From: the human T2T-CHM13v2.0 reference genome, Homo sapiens
Assembly: GCF_009914755.1 (NCBI RefSeq)
Contig: NC_060947.1
Direction: 5' to 3' (one strand)
Length of the DNA: 64,000 bases
Below, one piece after another: positions 21,493 through 55,111 of the stretch (position 1 is its first letter; each line of letters starts with the position of its first letter). Both the position numbers and the translations under genes were made by a program. Under the pieces are notes generated by a model. That model did not search any database and was not told the origin of the DNA. It saw nothing but the letters and a program-made list of their open reading frames with translations.

Positions 21493-21754
21493 GAAAGATT
21501 TACTTTGGCTTGTCACATACCTTTTTTACGTCTATGGATTCTATTAAATTGTAGGAATTCTACTATGATTGCTGAATTGCCTGGCTCACTGATGCCTAAT
21601 CTATTTTTCATATTTCTGTTAACATGAAATTACTGAAGCCCTTATTCTAAAAATGAAATTTGAATTATCTATCCTAGAACATCTTCTCAGTTACTATCCT
21701 CACCAAAGGATTTATAGATGTGTGACTCTTCGTTATATTAAATCTGAGTTATCG

Positions 21755-21930
21755 ATAATAACAATAGCTACCATTTATTGAGCATGTGCTGAGAATCACG
21801 CTAGTCTCTTTAGAGATAAATTTCCAATATTTGCAATGTTCTTTCACAACTTTCCTATGAGGTAGGTACTCTCATTCCCATTTTACAGATGAGGAAAATA
21901 AATTAATACACAGCAAATAAGTGGCAGTTA
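21755..21930. mobile_element. MIR
   Basis: CCATTTATTGAGCA...CCTATGAGGTAGGTACT...CCCATTTTACAGATGAGGAAA. Confidence 0.8.
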
Positions 21931-22563
21931 GCTTTTGAATATATTAATATATTCAAATATGTCCTAATAATTCCTTCCACCCTTGTCATCAATTGTGCTT
22001 TTATCCACTACGTATATAAACTTTTCAATAATTATTTTATTATACCCTGCTTTTCCACCTTTGCCAAAATAAATTTGAGACAGTTTTTTCATAATGTTAA
22101 CACAGGTTGGAACATCACCGTTTCTCTTACATTATATGTAAGTCTCTTGCCCATAGTAGGAATTTGGTAAATATTTGTTGAATGAGTGAATAGATAAATG
22201 GATAAATGAATACCTACTGTTATTATGTTCGATTAACTTTGCCTAGAAAACATGAAAATAAAGAAACTGTGAACTGAAAGAATAAGAACTAAAGCTGGTA
22301 AAATCCAAGTTTTCATGATTTATTTTTCAAGCCTCAGATTTGCTCCTGTGAATTTGCTCTTATAGTTCTCCTGATTTGGCACCAAACCTGTGACAACCTT
22401 CAAAAAAACACATCACCCCACCCAGTCCAAGTCCAGGGCAAAATACTCCTGTATTTCAAGTGTGTTTTATTGCTTCCTTTTGTACCTTTTTTAGAGTTCA
22501 ATATTAGTGAGAGTGAAAAGATAATCTTCCCTAGATAAGCAAGTTTAATCTAGATCTTCATCA

Positions 22564-22917
<354 letters not shown>

Positions 22918-24025
22918 TTAACGTTTTAGGATGAGTGAAGACTCCCTCTAGTTTTCCTACTAAATGGGCATCTTTCTCCCTAAAACACAGAAGCCTAACT
23001 AAGCCTGGCAGAGACTGGAGCTCCAAGTTGTAACTAGTAAACCCACTATTCATATTTTTACCTTAGTGTAAAAATCCATAGAATGGGTATTAAATAACTG
23101 ATTGTTTAAAATAGTGACTTTACAAATATCTTCAGATCCCTGTTTCTAACAATTTGCCCTTTTTTCCCCATTAAACCAAGAGCACATATCTGTAAGATAT
23201 AAATTGTTTTCAGTATTGTTATGGTTGCTTACAATAAACCTCTTCTTTTAACTTCAAAATAGTAACTTCCCTGGAAAAAGATCAAGAAGTGAAGTGCAAT
23301 AGGAAGACAGAGAAGCTAGTCTAACAGGAAGGCATCGTATTCTAGCAAAAGGAGGACCGGCCCTGTCTCTCGTCTGGAATCTCAAGTCTATCATTAGTCT
23401 ATCTCAACTAACTAACTGTATTTCTTTAGAACCTTTCCATGCCTCAGATTGTTTTAATTTTTTTAATGGGGATAATAAAATCTGCTACATTTACTTCACA
23501 GATGGGGAAAATACTAGTCAAATCTATCAGAAAACCACATGGTCTTTGCTTAACAAATCCCCACATTTAAAAAAGTAAAATTACATTAGCCTTTTACCAA
23601 CAAAGTGCATGACACCTAAGCTGACTTTGGCCAAGTCAAGTGTTTTATATGCTGTGAAAACTAACATAACCTCAGTGAACACTACACTACATTTGACCAT
23701 TATTACATTCAGCCAGTCCTTCATTCAGTGATGTATTGAATGCTTATGTGCCACTCTGCCAGAAGTGAGAATACCAGGATGAATAAGACAGTTTGAATAC
23801 TCCAGGAGTTTACACCCCATCCAAAGAGGAGAGACAGAGATAGATAGACGTATGTTTTAAGATCTTCAGAGGAACTAGGATCTATTACCACACCCTTCCC
23901 CATATCGAACCTTTTTAGATGTACCTATATTATATTTTTTGTATAACTAGATGAATGGAATTAGAGTTGACCAGCTGACAACTGGCCTTTTGGACATTTC
24001 ACTAAAACATTTATCATTTTGATTT

Positions 24026-24325
24026 TCATGCCTGTAATCCTAGCACTTTGGGAGACCGAGGCAAGTGGATCACTTGAGCCCAGCAGTTTGAGACCAGCCT
24101 GGGCAATATGGCAAAACCTCGTCTCTACACAATAAATACATACATACATACATAATCCAAAAATTAGCTGGGCATGATGGTGCACGCCTGTAGTCCCAGC
24201 TACTCAGGAGGCTGAGGTGGGAGGATGGCTTGAGCCCAGGCAGGTCGAGGCTGCAGTGAGCAAGATCACACCACTGAATTCCAGCCTGGGTGACAGAGTG
24301 AGACCCTGTCTCAAACAAAAAAAAA
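24026..24325 (+). mobile_element. AluJ-like element with (TACA)n in the linker
   Basis: GGATGGCTTGAGCCCAGG, GAGACCCTGTCTC. Confidence 0.88.
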
Positions 24326-24394
24326 TTTATTTTACACCTTTTGTTCTGATTATTCTCCATTTGAGTCCTTCCCCCTCACCCATGGCCCTTTCTT

Positions 24395-24665
24395 CTAGGA
24401 CCTCAGTCCTGGCAGTGACGGTGGCAGTGGCAGTACAATGACAGCTCCTGGCAGGGGTCCCCTTTTCACAACTTTGGTACTCACTGCGTCTTCAGGAAGG
24501 TGAGGGGTTGGGGGAGAAGCAGGTACACCTTCCAGCTTCCGCCAGTCCCTGGCTCCTTCAGCATCTTTTGCTAGTTCCCTGGAAGCTACCCACACCTCTG
24601 TAAATAACCCAGTAAGTTCAAAATCACTTATAACTACATCTTCTGTTTCTGCTGGGACCATTATT
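24395..24665 (+). mobile_element. Old ERVL-class LTR fragment (LTR33-like)
   Basis: CCCACACCTCTGTAAATA...TCTGTTTCTGCTGGGACC resembles the recalled LTR33 3' end. Confidence 0.5.
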
Positions 24666-25074
24666 GAAACAGTTTTCTTTTCATATTTCAAGCCAACCAA
24701 CTGTGGGGCTGGGAGCCTCAAATATTTCTGTAAAGTGTTTGAGAACGTAGAGACCTGAGGCACTGTGTCCATAGCACTTAAAGATTTCACAGCCTGTTTT
24801 ATGGAAGGCACTATAATACTATGAACTACGAGTGGATAAAATTGATTTGGAGAAAGTGTCTTAGAGTGAAGGTTAAAGAAGATAAGGTATGAAAAGCACC
24901 TAAATGCTGTCCGGTTGATAACAGACACTCCACAAGTGTTAGTTCCTCATGTGCCTATTTTTTAAGAGGGTAAAAGAAGTGACATTTGAGTTGAGAGGGG
25001 AAGAATGCAGTTTGACAGACACAGAAGTGCATAGAGAACAGCATGTGCACAAAGTAATGAGAAGTCACTGCAGC

Positions 25075-25362
25075 GGCCAGGCGCGGTGGCTCACGCCTGT
25101 AACCCCAGCACTTTGGGAGGCTGAGGCAAGTGAATCGCTTGAGCTCACAAGTTCGAGACCAGCCTGGGCAACATGGTGAAACCCCGTCTCTACCAAAAAT
25201 ACAAAAAATTAGCCAGGCGTGTGGTGAACGCCTGTGGTTTCAGCTACACAGCAGGCTGAGGCAGGAGAATTGCCTGAGCCTGGAAAGCAGAGGTTGCAGT
25301 GAGCTGAGTTCGCGCCACTACACTCCAGCCTGGGTGACAAAGTAAGACCCTGCCTCAAAAAA
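25075..25362 (+). mobile_element. Alu within L2-like sequence
   Basis: Alu consensus; flanks resemble antisense L2 (GTGACATTTGAG; GGGAATGGGGACCCATTGATGGTTATTAAGCAG). Confidence 0.85.
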
Positions 25363-25872
25363 TAATCATAATAAGAAGAAGGGGTCAATTTAGACAGGAC
25401 TTGGAGTGCTATGCTAAGGTGTCTGAACTTCATTCTGTGGGGAATGGGGACCCATTGATGGTTATTAAGCAGAAAACTTGTAGAAACAGTTGCAGATCCC
25501 ACCACCCCTCTAGCTGCTGCTACCACTCCAAGGGCTCTGCCCACCTCTCCTAGTGGAAACGTGATGTCTGCAAGAGCAGCCAGAGATGGGATGAGCACTG
25601 ACAGGGGACCACTGGCTGGAGCGGGCAGAGGCTGGGAACAGTCAGGGCAGTTTGAGTTTCATGGTCACAGGGAGAGTGACGCACAGCACAGTAGGCAGCG
25701 AGCCAGCTGGATTAGCAATCCACAAGGCCAAGTGTGGTATCATCCTTTTTTTTTTCTTCAGTTGAGGTTTAACCTACACATAGTAAAGTGCAGAAATTAT
25801 AAATCTACAGCTTAATTTTTTACATATGCATACAGCCACTTGTTGTCACCAACACCAAGTTATAAACATTTC

Positions 25873-26185
25873 TGGCTGGGCACGGTGCTTCACACCTGTA
25901 CTCCAACACTTTGGGAAGCTGAGGCAGAAGGATCGCTTGAGGCCAGGAATTCGAGACCAGCCTGGGCAATATATCTCCCACTATACTTGGGACTACAGGT
26001 GTGCACCACCATGGCCAGCTCATTTAAAAATTAAATTAGCATACCTGTAGTCCCAAGCTACTCGAGAGGCTGAGGTGGAAGGATCCCTTGAGCCCAGAGT
26101 GCAATACTGCAATGAGCTATGATCACACCACTGCACTCCAGCCTGGGTGACAGAGCGAGACCCTGTCTCAAATAAATAAACAAAC
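25873..26185 (+). mobile_element. AluJ-like element with an internal inverted segment, inside an antisense L1M 3' fragment (~25750-26380)
   Basis: Left arm (+), about 50 nt of antisense Alu, then right arm (+). Confidence 0.8.
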
Positions 26186-26667
26186 AATCATTTCGACTAC
26201 CCCAGAAAATCTTCTCATGATGCCTCCTGCTCAGGTAACCATTATTCTGATTTCTATCACTATAGATTAGTTTTGCCTGTTCCTGGATATCTTATCAATA
26301 GACTCGCATAATATGTCCTCTATTGAGCCTGGCTTCTTTCACTAAACATTATGTCCTTGACGTTCATCCCTGCTGGTAAAGCATCACCCTCATTTTAGGA
26401 AATGTTGCAGACAACTTCCCTGTACCCCTCTTCTTTTTTGTTAAAGCTATTGTAATTTGCCTTCCAATTATTTTCTCCTCCTTCTTACAGTGAATTATCT
26501 TTCATTAAGGCCTCCAATTATATTAAATCTTAGTCATCTTAATAATGAAAACTTTGCTTTAATTCACAGCCAACAGCAGTTTTCACCTTACACCTGTGCA
26601 GGGTATTGTGTAGGTAAATTGTGGAGCCTTCCTCCCCTTAGAGTCCTCGGTCTAAATACAGATTTGA

Positions 26668-27858
<1,191 letters not shown>

Positions 27859-28568
27859 ATAGGCAATCATGGAAATAGGAAGCAACAGTATCTGACAAAG
27901 GGAAGGCTATAATTCAGGGAGCATGGGTTCAAAAGAACTGGAAAAGGGGGCAAAAGGAAGCAAAATGGTGAATGGAAGTGGGCATCTGTCTACTCTTCAA
28001 CACCAAGGTGACCCAGAGCCTAAGAGAGGGCAAGTAGAACATTTGGCTCTATGAAACAAGGCACAATTTTTCTCCTTGACTGGTTCATTTCACTGTCTTT
28101 CTGTTCCCTGTATGTATTTGCTGATTTAACTCTTCCACTTTCCTAGAGCCTCACATCATTCATTTCCCTTCCAGCCTGTGTCTTTCCTGGGCTGGGCCCC
28201 TTATGTCTTCACCCATTCCAGTGCCAACTTGAAGAATGGTCCCTCTCACTTCAGTCCTTATAATACTCCCACTTTGGCTGTGTTACCACCCCTAGGTGAG
28301 ACCAGCTTGGATTTCACCAACCTAGGTCTTCAGAAGTATTTTGGTTTATAGCACTTAGATGTAACTATTCTTTTTCGTGTGTATGTATTTGTGTTCAATT
28401 TTTAAAATACACAAAGAATGCACTCATCACTCAGCCCCAATAATTATGGTCAATTCTGCCCCTGCACACCTCTCTCTATTCTCCCCACTGCCATAGTATT
28501 TTGAAACAAATTCCAGACAACATATCATGTATTTTGTAAGTATTTAATTATGCATCTCTAAAAGATGG

Positions 28569-28902
<334 letters not shown>

Positions 28903-28906
28903 TAAC

Positions 28907-30347
<1,441 letters not shown>

Positions 30348-30452
30348 AACATAACCATAATGCCACCTAAATAATTTAAAATAATTTTTTAATATCATAA
30401 GATACCACTCACTATTCAAATTTCCAATTTTCTGATAAAAATACAAATTTTT

Positions 30453-31176
<724 letters not shown>

Positions 31177-31439
31177 TAATTTGTTATTTGAAGAATCCTG
31201 GTTTCTCATGTTCTGGACTTGGCCAATTGCATCCCCATATGTTACTCTGTCTATATTTCCTACAAATTGGTAGTTTAGAGGTTTGGTAAGATTCAAGTTC
31301 TTTTTTTTTTTTTTTTTGGCAAGAATGTTTCCTAGATGGTAGGTAGTGTGTTTTTTCATCAGGAGGCACATAACACCTGGTCGTCTCTCCTTTCATGACA
31401 TCAGCAGCTGTTGATGTTCAATGCCTTGATCCCTCAGGT

Positions 31440-31946
<507 letters not shown>

Positions 31947-32159
31947 GTTCATCAACGGTTGCCAAAGGGTGACATTTAAGACTGACACTACATAAAGGGA
32001 TTTAGGCAAAATAAAGTAAGAAAACCTCCAAAATAAAATAAAACCATGCTCAAAAGAGGCAGGCAGAGGAGCATAAACATATTTTTAAGTGAGTAATTGA
32101 AAAGGTGTAAATATGGAATCAACACCACTTCAGTGACAAACACACATTAGAGAAACTCA

Positions 32160-32704
<545 letters not shown>

Positions 32705-33974
32705 TCAGAGCTGTTTCAGACCACCCAGCTAAAGCCAGCATCCAGCATTGTAATTCATCTGCATGAAACATCACGCACATTCATTCCACGTTCAGGCAGG
32801 AAGTATTTACTAAGCCTACCACACACCACGTCCTGCGATACATACATAATCTCCAGATAAATTAATAAGCAATTTTAATGGTCAGAGTTATCAATGAAGT
32901 TAACGCATTGCTCGCATTTCTCATAGGCACAAATAGGTATTCATTTGTTAAGCAAATGGACTCATACATGTTTATGTAAATGAACACAAATAGTCCTTCA
33001 TGCAAAATCCTACAGACTTTGAGTATAGAGCACAGTGAAATTAGACAAGCTAACACGAAATTCACTCAGAGGACATTTTCCTCCTTTTCCTAAAGAAGTC
33101 GTTTAGCTCCTGAGTTTTGGAAATTTCCAATACACTCTGCTTCACACATTTTCAGCAAGTTGTCTTTCCAAACCTTGCCTCTAGGCATCTAGAGAGAGGG
33201 AGTCAGTCCACCACGTGGTCTAAAGACCTGGACCCAGCAGGCCTGAATACTACAGTACTCTCAATGGCTTCCCTTCTCCCCTCCAGTGGTGGGGACCGTC
33301 AACCCAGGTGCCTGAGAAAAGAAGATGGAAATCTGTGGCTCTGTGGGATGCTTTGTGTAAACTCACAGTGTTCAAACCTTTTTTATTATGTAGTGTTGGC
33401 TAGGATAGAGAAAGAAAAATATACCAAGCCTAAGCCTGCAAACTTCCAAAGCACGACATAAGACATTAAAGGTTTGGTGTCATGAACAATGAAGTCCTTG
33501 TCGTCTACCCATTTGCTAGCACAGTTTCCACAAATAACAGGCAAGCTCCAAATTTTCATAAAATGTTTTGGCAGGGCAGGATGGGCCAATTTTCTGGCAG
33601 TCTCTCTAAGGAAATGACTGCAAATGTTTTCTGGCGTGAACAGCCTTAAGTATTTCAACTCCTTGGTAAATAGAGTTGCCAACAGTCCCAAATATGTTTT
33701 GCTATTTCTGAATTGGACATTCAGAATTATTTTAGGGTGAATTTTTTTCAATAATAAAGATTTCAATAAATGAGTTACTCTATTTCCCTTTCTTAAATGT
33801 TGATGACTTTGGAAAAGTTTGTAAATGAGAAACAAACTTTAGAAACCAAATAGCAGAAGTTGAGATAAAGAAAATTTCCTAGAAAGCACATTATACAGAC
33901 AACATGACTCGATTGAGGCTTCCAGGAATAAAGTACACCGCCCACAGTCTTTACTGTATGAGAATACTAGTTTC

Positions 33975-34288
<314 letters not shown>

Positions 34289-34404
34289 TGAGAATGCTAA
34301 TTTCTAAATCAAAGATTTGAAAAACCAGCATAACTTACTAACCTGGAATGATTCTGGAGCACTTTCTTCAGCAAGTTATCCTGAAGAAGGTTCTGAATCT
34401 GGCT

Positions 34405-34770
34405 TTCCATATGGTAGCCACTAGCCACATGTGTCTATTTCAATTTGAATTTAAGTTTAATCTAAACGAAATACAATTTAAAATGTAGCTCCTCAGTCAT
34501 ATCTGCCTCATTTCACATGCTATATGACTACACATGGCTAGTGGCTGCCATATTGGGCCATGCAGAACATTTCCATCTCAAAGAAAGTTCTATTAGAATT
34601 GTTCTAAGTCCTTGCTACACAAAGCGTGGACTAGCAGCTTCAGCGTCATCTGGGAGCTTGTCAGAAAGGCAGAATCTCAGGCCCCACACCAAGCCTACTG
34701 AATTAGAATCTTCATTTTAACAAAATGCCCAGGCTATTTGTATGCATATTAAGGTTTGGGAAGCACTGGT
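34405..34770. mobile_element. MER3-like and MER5-like hAT fossils
   Basis: Internal palindrome TAGCCACTAGCCACATGT / ACATGGCTAGTGGCTGCCATAT; then GGGAGCTTGTCAGAAAGGCAGAATCTCAGGCCCCAC. Confidence 0.75.
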
Positions 34771-35112
34771 CTAAGTCAATGTTTCCTAGACTGGTTTGAT
34801 CATAAGAATCACCTAGGCCAGGCACAATGGCTCATGCCTATAATCCCAACATTTTGGGAGGCTGAAGCAGGCAGATCCCTTAAGCCCAGGAGTTTGAAAA
34901 TAGCCTGGCCAACATGGCAAAATCCCATCTCTACAAAAAATAAAAAAAATTAGCCAGGCATGGTGGTGCAGGTGTGTAGTCCCAGCTACTCAGGAGGCTA
35001 AGAAGGGAGGATCGCTTGAGCCTGGGAGGAGGAGGTTTCAGTGAGCTGAGATGGCGCCACTGCACTTCAGCCTGGGTGACAGAGTGAGACTCCATCTCAA
35101 AAAAAAAAAAAA

Positions 35113-37310
<2,198 letters not shown>

Positions 37311-37334
37311 CAAATGTCTTGGTGGACCCTTAAT

Positions 37335-37630
37335 TTTTTTTTTTTTTTTGAGACAGAGTCTCGCTCTGTCGCCCAGGCTGGAGTGCAGTGGTGTGATCTC
37401 AGCTCACTGCAGCCTCCGCCTCCTGGGTTCAAGCGGTCCTCTCACCTCAGTCCCCTGAGGAGCTGAGACTACAGGTGCACGCCACCACGCCCAGCTAATT
37501 TTTGTATTTTTAGTAGAGACGGGGTTTTACCATGTTGGCCAGGCTGGTCTCGAACTCCAGACCTCAGGTGATCCACCAGCCTCGGCCTCCCAAAGTGCTG
37601 GGATTACAGGTGTGAGCTACCATGCCCAGC
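37335..37630 (-). mobile_element. AluS
   Basis: Poly(T) followed by a reverse-complement Alu. Confidence 0.92.
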
Positions 37631-38754
37631 CTATTTTTGTTTTTAATAGCATCCCTATAATGAACCCTTCTGTAAGGCAAATAATCACTGTGTTGCACAT
37701 GTAATGATCTCCAATTTACATATTTAGTAAGTTTTTTTATTTTCAGCCACTCTCCAACCTCTCTATATATAGTATATATGACCTCCACATATAGATAGGC
37801 TCCCTCATATGAATAGCTATCCAGGGGATGCCCCACAACTCCCTTTCTCTCCCGACCTTGCCAGAGTAAGGTTTGCATTGGCTCAACCCAGCTTACCCCA
37901 CCCCAGCCTGGCATCTCACTCACTCTTCCCTAGTCCCAGCTTCTCATCTTGAATCATTGCCTGTGCCAGTTTTCCTCTTCATCCCCAACAACCACATCCC
38001 CATTCCCTATTTTTTCACTCCAGAGATCCAGGACTATTCCTCACCTCTCTCAACGTACATTTATTTAATACCAGCCACTTTCACTCTGTGCAATGCACTG
38101 AGTTAGCTACAATAGAAGGTAAACCTAAGAAAGCCCTGGCCTCAAGAGCTTGCAGACCAGTGGAGGAGATGACATTTATACAGCAGAAACCATTATCAAG
38201 GAGAAAGGAATGTGCCAGGTTTTGCCCATACCCATAAAATCAACACTGAATCAAATCCCAGGATTGATCTAACCTAAGGCAAGAGACATTTAACAGACTC
38301 CAGCCCCTGGAAGGCCAGACATAAGCATCCAGCTACCCTTCCACATCATTTGATTCTGATATGGGACCTTAATTCTTACATCCAGAATTCTTACTTTGTC
38401 ACTGCCCCAAGTACCTATTCTGGAAACTTGCTTAACATCTCAGTCTCCTACTGGGGGCTCTAGATCTTATCATTGGATTCTACCTTGGCCTTTGTCCCTC
38501 ATTTTTGGTTCTAATAACTTTCACAGTCTATCTTTTCTTTAACCTGGGATCCCTGCATGAACTGGAGAGCTTCCCCGGAACTGCAGCTACTAGATGGCAC
38601 CTTCTTCTTCGTCCTCCTCATCTTCATTCTCCTCCTCAACAACTTTATTGAGGTATAATCAACATAAGAAGAACTGCACATATTTCATGTATACAATGTG
38701 ATGAGCTTGGACATATGCAAACACTAGTTGATAACATCACCACAATCAAGGTAA

Positions 38755-40879
<2,125 letters not shown>

Positions 40880-41684
40880 TGAGGCAGGAGAATAGGGTCT
40901 GGAGGCAGGGAACCCAAGGCCAATTCACACTGACTTCCTAGTACTGAATCAAAAGGAAAACCCCACCTCTCCACACCCAAGTAACAAAAGGATCAGCGGC
41001 TACTCCCTTACCACTGCGTCACAGATGAAAAATGGAAAGCACCTCTGATTGGTCCCCTCCCGCGACCAATCAGACTGATTGCAGGCCAAGTTGTTTGTTT
41101 GTTTTTTTTTTTTTTTTGAGACAGGGTCTCACTCTGTCGCCCAGGCTATAGTGCAGTGGTGCGATCTCCGTTCACTGCAACCTCCACCTCCTAGGTTCAT
41201 GCAATTCTCTTGCCTCAGCGCAGCCTCCCAGGTAGTTGGGACTATAGCGCGTGTTACCACGCCTGGCTAAATTTTGTATTTTTAGTAGAGATGGGGTTTC
41301 ACCATGTTGGCCAGGCTGGTCTCGAACACCCGCCTCAGCCTCCCAAAGTGCTGGAATTACAGGCGTGAGCCACTGCCTTTGTAACTTCACTTCAGCCTCT
41401 GATTGTTCGCCTCCCATGACCAATCAGACTAGTCGTTGGCCAAGTCTTCATTTACATAGGGTATAACCAAGTAGCCAATGGGAAACCTCTAGAGGTTATT
41501 TAAACCCCAGAAAATTCTGTAACCAGTGCTCTCAAGCCACTTGCTTGAGCCTGCTGCCATTCTGGAGCATACTTTCGTTTCAGTAAATCTGTCCTTTTGT
41601 TGCTTCATTCTTTCATTGCTTCGTTTGTGCGTTTTGTCCAATTCTTTGTTCAAAACGCCAAGAACCTGGGCAACTCCAGTGACA
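40880..41684 (+). mobile_element. ERV1 3' LTR, MER51-like, with an antisense Alu at ~41090-41377
   Basis: TG...CA ends; start TGAGGCAGGAGAATAGGGTCTGGAGGCAGGGAACC; repeated CCAAT boxes; AGTAAA signal; ends CAAAACGCCAAGAACCTGG...GACA. Confidence 0.85.
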
Positions 41685-41968
41685 GGACTACTGTGATTGA
41701 TTGACATGCTGGCTACTTCATCCTGGATTACCTATCCCATTTCTGTCTGTAATTTGCTCTTAGACCCTGAGCCCCCTCATTTGTCCAGCCAAACTATCTC
41801 TCCAGCTCCCCAAAGAAAGTTGTCCCAAGCTAGGAAGGGATCAGTACCAAGTCTTTCCTCCTGGCTAGCTAGCCACTTATAACTACCTGATTCTGCCCCC
41901 ACTAAATACTGGGATATGACTATAAGATGCTGGAACAGGTGTAGGTAAAGTATTTAGAGAGTTAAGCA

Positions 41969-46923
<4,955 letters not shown>

Positions 46924-48269
46924 TCACAACCTGCCTCCTTGTATTGCCCTGGCATTTTCTAGTGAGTAATGGGTTACATGGTAAATCTGTTTCTCTCCTC
47001 TAGGGCAAGCAGTGTGGCATAGTGGAAGAATCCAGTTGGCTTCAAGGACCTCTCCTTCCCCTGCCATCCACCAATTCTCTGACCTTGACCAGTCTGTTAT
47101 CTTTAAATGTAAGTTGATTTCCCATTTAGAACAAACTGAACACTAACCAAAAAGCAGAGTCAGCCACCAAAGATAAATAGCACTCAGCCCGATATGCATT
47201 TGGCCAAGATTTTAAGACATGATAAAGCTTCAGCATCCATGAGATAAGGGCGTCAAGATCCAGAAGCTGCAAACACCAGAAATCATGGTGTCTCATCTGA
47301 TATTTAAAAAGATCTCACATTCCTTGGCCTACTATCCAGCGACCTTGTGTGGTGTCTATGTGTTGGGCATGCAACTGCATTCTTCTCTCTTTTGTCTGCT
47401 GTAGCTTCTGCTAGGTTTGTGCCTCTCGCAACCACCTCCTTTGTCATTGTGTCACATGGTCCTGACAGTTTTCAAGGAACTCAATGACTGTGAAATTGGG
47501 ATTTTTAAGCTCTGGAAATTTTGACATTGGTGCCATCATTATGTCATTAGTGGGAAGCCACAATGGGAAAGGTAGAATCCACTTCTATTTTTGCATCCAC
47601 ACACAATTAAATCTCAATGAGCAGCAGGAGCTGCTGTTTCTGTGGCTCTACCCTCTGAGTTTTGGTCGGTGTAAACACCCAGGCAGCTGTGGCCTGCAGT
47701 TCCAACATACTTCGCCCTCGCACCCAGGATAGGGTGGCCTGGTGAGAGCTAAAACATTATACCTGCAAATCTCCCATCAATGGGAGTAATGTTTGCTGGA
47801 AAGAGTCCCCCAGACAATATGAATTTTAAGACACAAATTCTAATATTCTACAGCGAGGAACTGCCTGAAAGTACTAGAAAAAAAACCTAAGTACAAGAAA
47901 CATACAAAGCCAGCACTATCAGGTCCAACCTTGGACTATCAAGGCGTAAAGGTTCAGAGTAGGACCACAAGGTAGGAGTTTTAATTAGACAAAATTTGTA
48001 ATTAACATAAAATTTAAATGCAATCCACCAAAGAGATTGGCCTGCAGAGATTTTATCCAGTGAGAATTCAAGCTGTTGCAGCCGATTTTAATTACATTCC
48101 TGAAATAGAAGCCTGCGAATGGGATTTGAAGAGATGGTTTAGATGAATCTTTGCTCCATTGGCAAACTTTACCGGCAATATTTTCAGTCTACCAAAATTA
48201 GAAGGTGATAACAATAAGTGGATAAAGGAGCATTCTATAGATGATCATCAAAAAAGAGATCCAAATCTA

Positions 48270-50385
<2,116 letters not shown>

Positions 50386-50399
50386 TGTAAATAATCCAA

Positions 50400-50570
50400 A
50401 CAGCCAGCATTCACTGGGCTTCATCAACTGGGAAGTACTGGACTAAGCATGTACATTCATCTCATCTTTACCATCGCCCTAACGGGTAGATACAACTGTT
50501 ACCCCATTTTACAGATGAGGAAACTGAGTCTTAGAGAGGTAACTTGTCTGTTACTACATAGCTGGCACCA
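50400..50570. mobile_element. MIR
   Basis: CCCCATTTTACAGATGAGGAAACTGAG. Confidence 0.8.
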
Positions 50571-50629
50571 ATGCCCAATCTCTTGGTAATAGGGAAAATT
50601 AGGACCAGGAATAACTTAGTATATTTGTG

Positions 50630-51255
<626 letters not shown>

Positions 51256-51464
51256 CTTAGTATGTTTCATCATTACTCTTCTATTAGTAACAGTAACTAG
51301 AGCCTGGGTCCAGTTCATCGGCGAGTGTCAGGCCCACCTGGCAGGTTTGTAGCCCTGGCAGTCAGCTGAACTCCTCCCAGCATGAGGGATGGTATTGGGC
51401 AGCTGTTATTTGGGCCTGCCCAGCATCCTTTCAAGGATCAGCAAGATATCCATTTTTCCCATAT

Positions 51465-52995
<1,531 letters not shown>

Positions 52996-53047
52996 ATGGC
53001 CTGAGGTGCCTCTTAGGAATGAACTCATTCTATAAGAGTAGAGAATC

Positions 53048-54330
<1,283 letters not shown>

Positions 54331-54787
54331 AAGAAGCCCCTCTGAGCTCTCTTGTGCCCTGCCTGGATTTTGTGCTGCTCCAGCCCCAACTCCCAGGGAG
54401 CTTTGCCTTGCAAAGGGCCAGGCTCAGAGCTTTGCCACCAACAGATGCTTCATTAATGAGGTGAAAGTCTGATTGAATTAAAACACCCTTTCTGGCACCA
54501 TCAAATAAAGACATAATAAAAATCAAAACGTTGGATCATTAAAGTGCTCGAAGAAATTTTTTAAAACTTTATTTAAATTCTCCTAAGAACTTTTAGGCTC
54601 TTAAAAAGTTTTAGTTATATAGAACCTCAGAGGTATATTAGGAAACAAATAGTGAGGAACAAATAACTTGATTGTTCCTTCCAGAGGAGGACTTGCTGTT
54701 TCTTACAAAATAAATTATCAAGTCACTTTCAGGTGCCTGCTGCTTTTAGACAGTAGATGGCACTGGGGGACAACTAGAAGAAAGTGA

Positions 54788-55111
<324 letters not shown>

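Noticed and set aside
24395-24928. 177-aa minus-strand ORF
   Set aside because: Non-ATG start, overlaps an old LTR-like fragment, no recognisable domain or splice context.
33386-33835. 149-aa minus-strand ORF in non-repeat DNA
   Set aside because: Non-ATG start, no recognisable domain, composition typical of AT-rich non-coding DNA.
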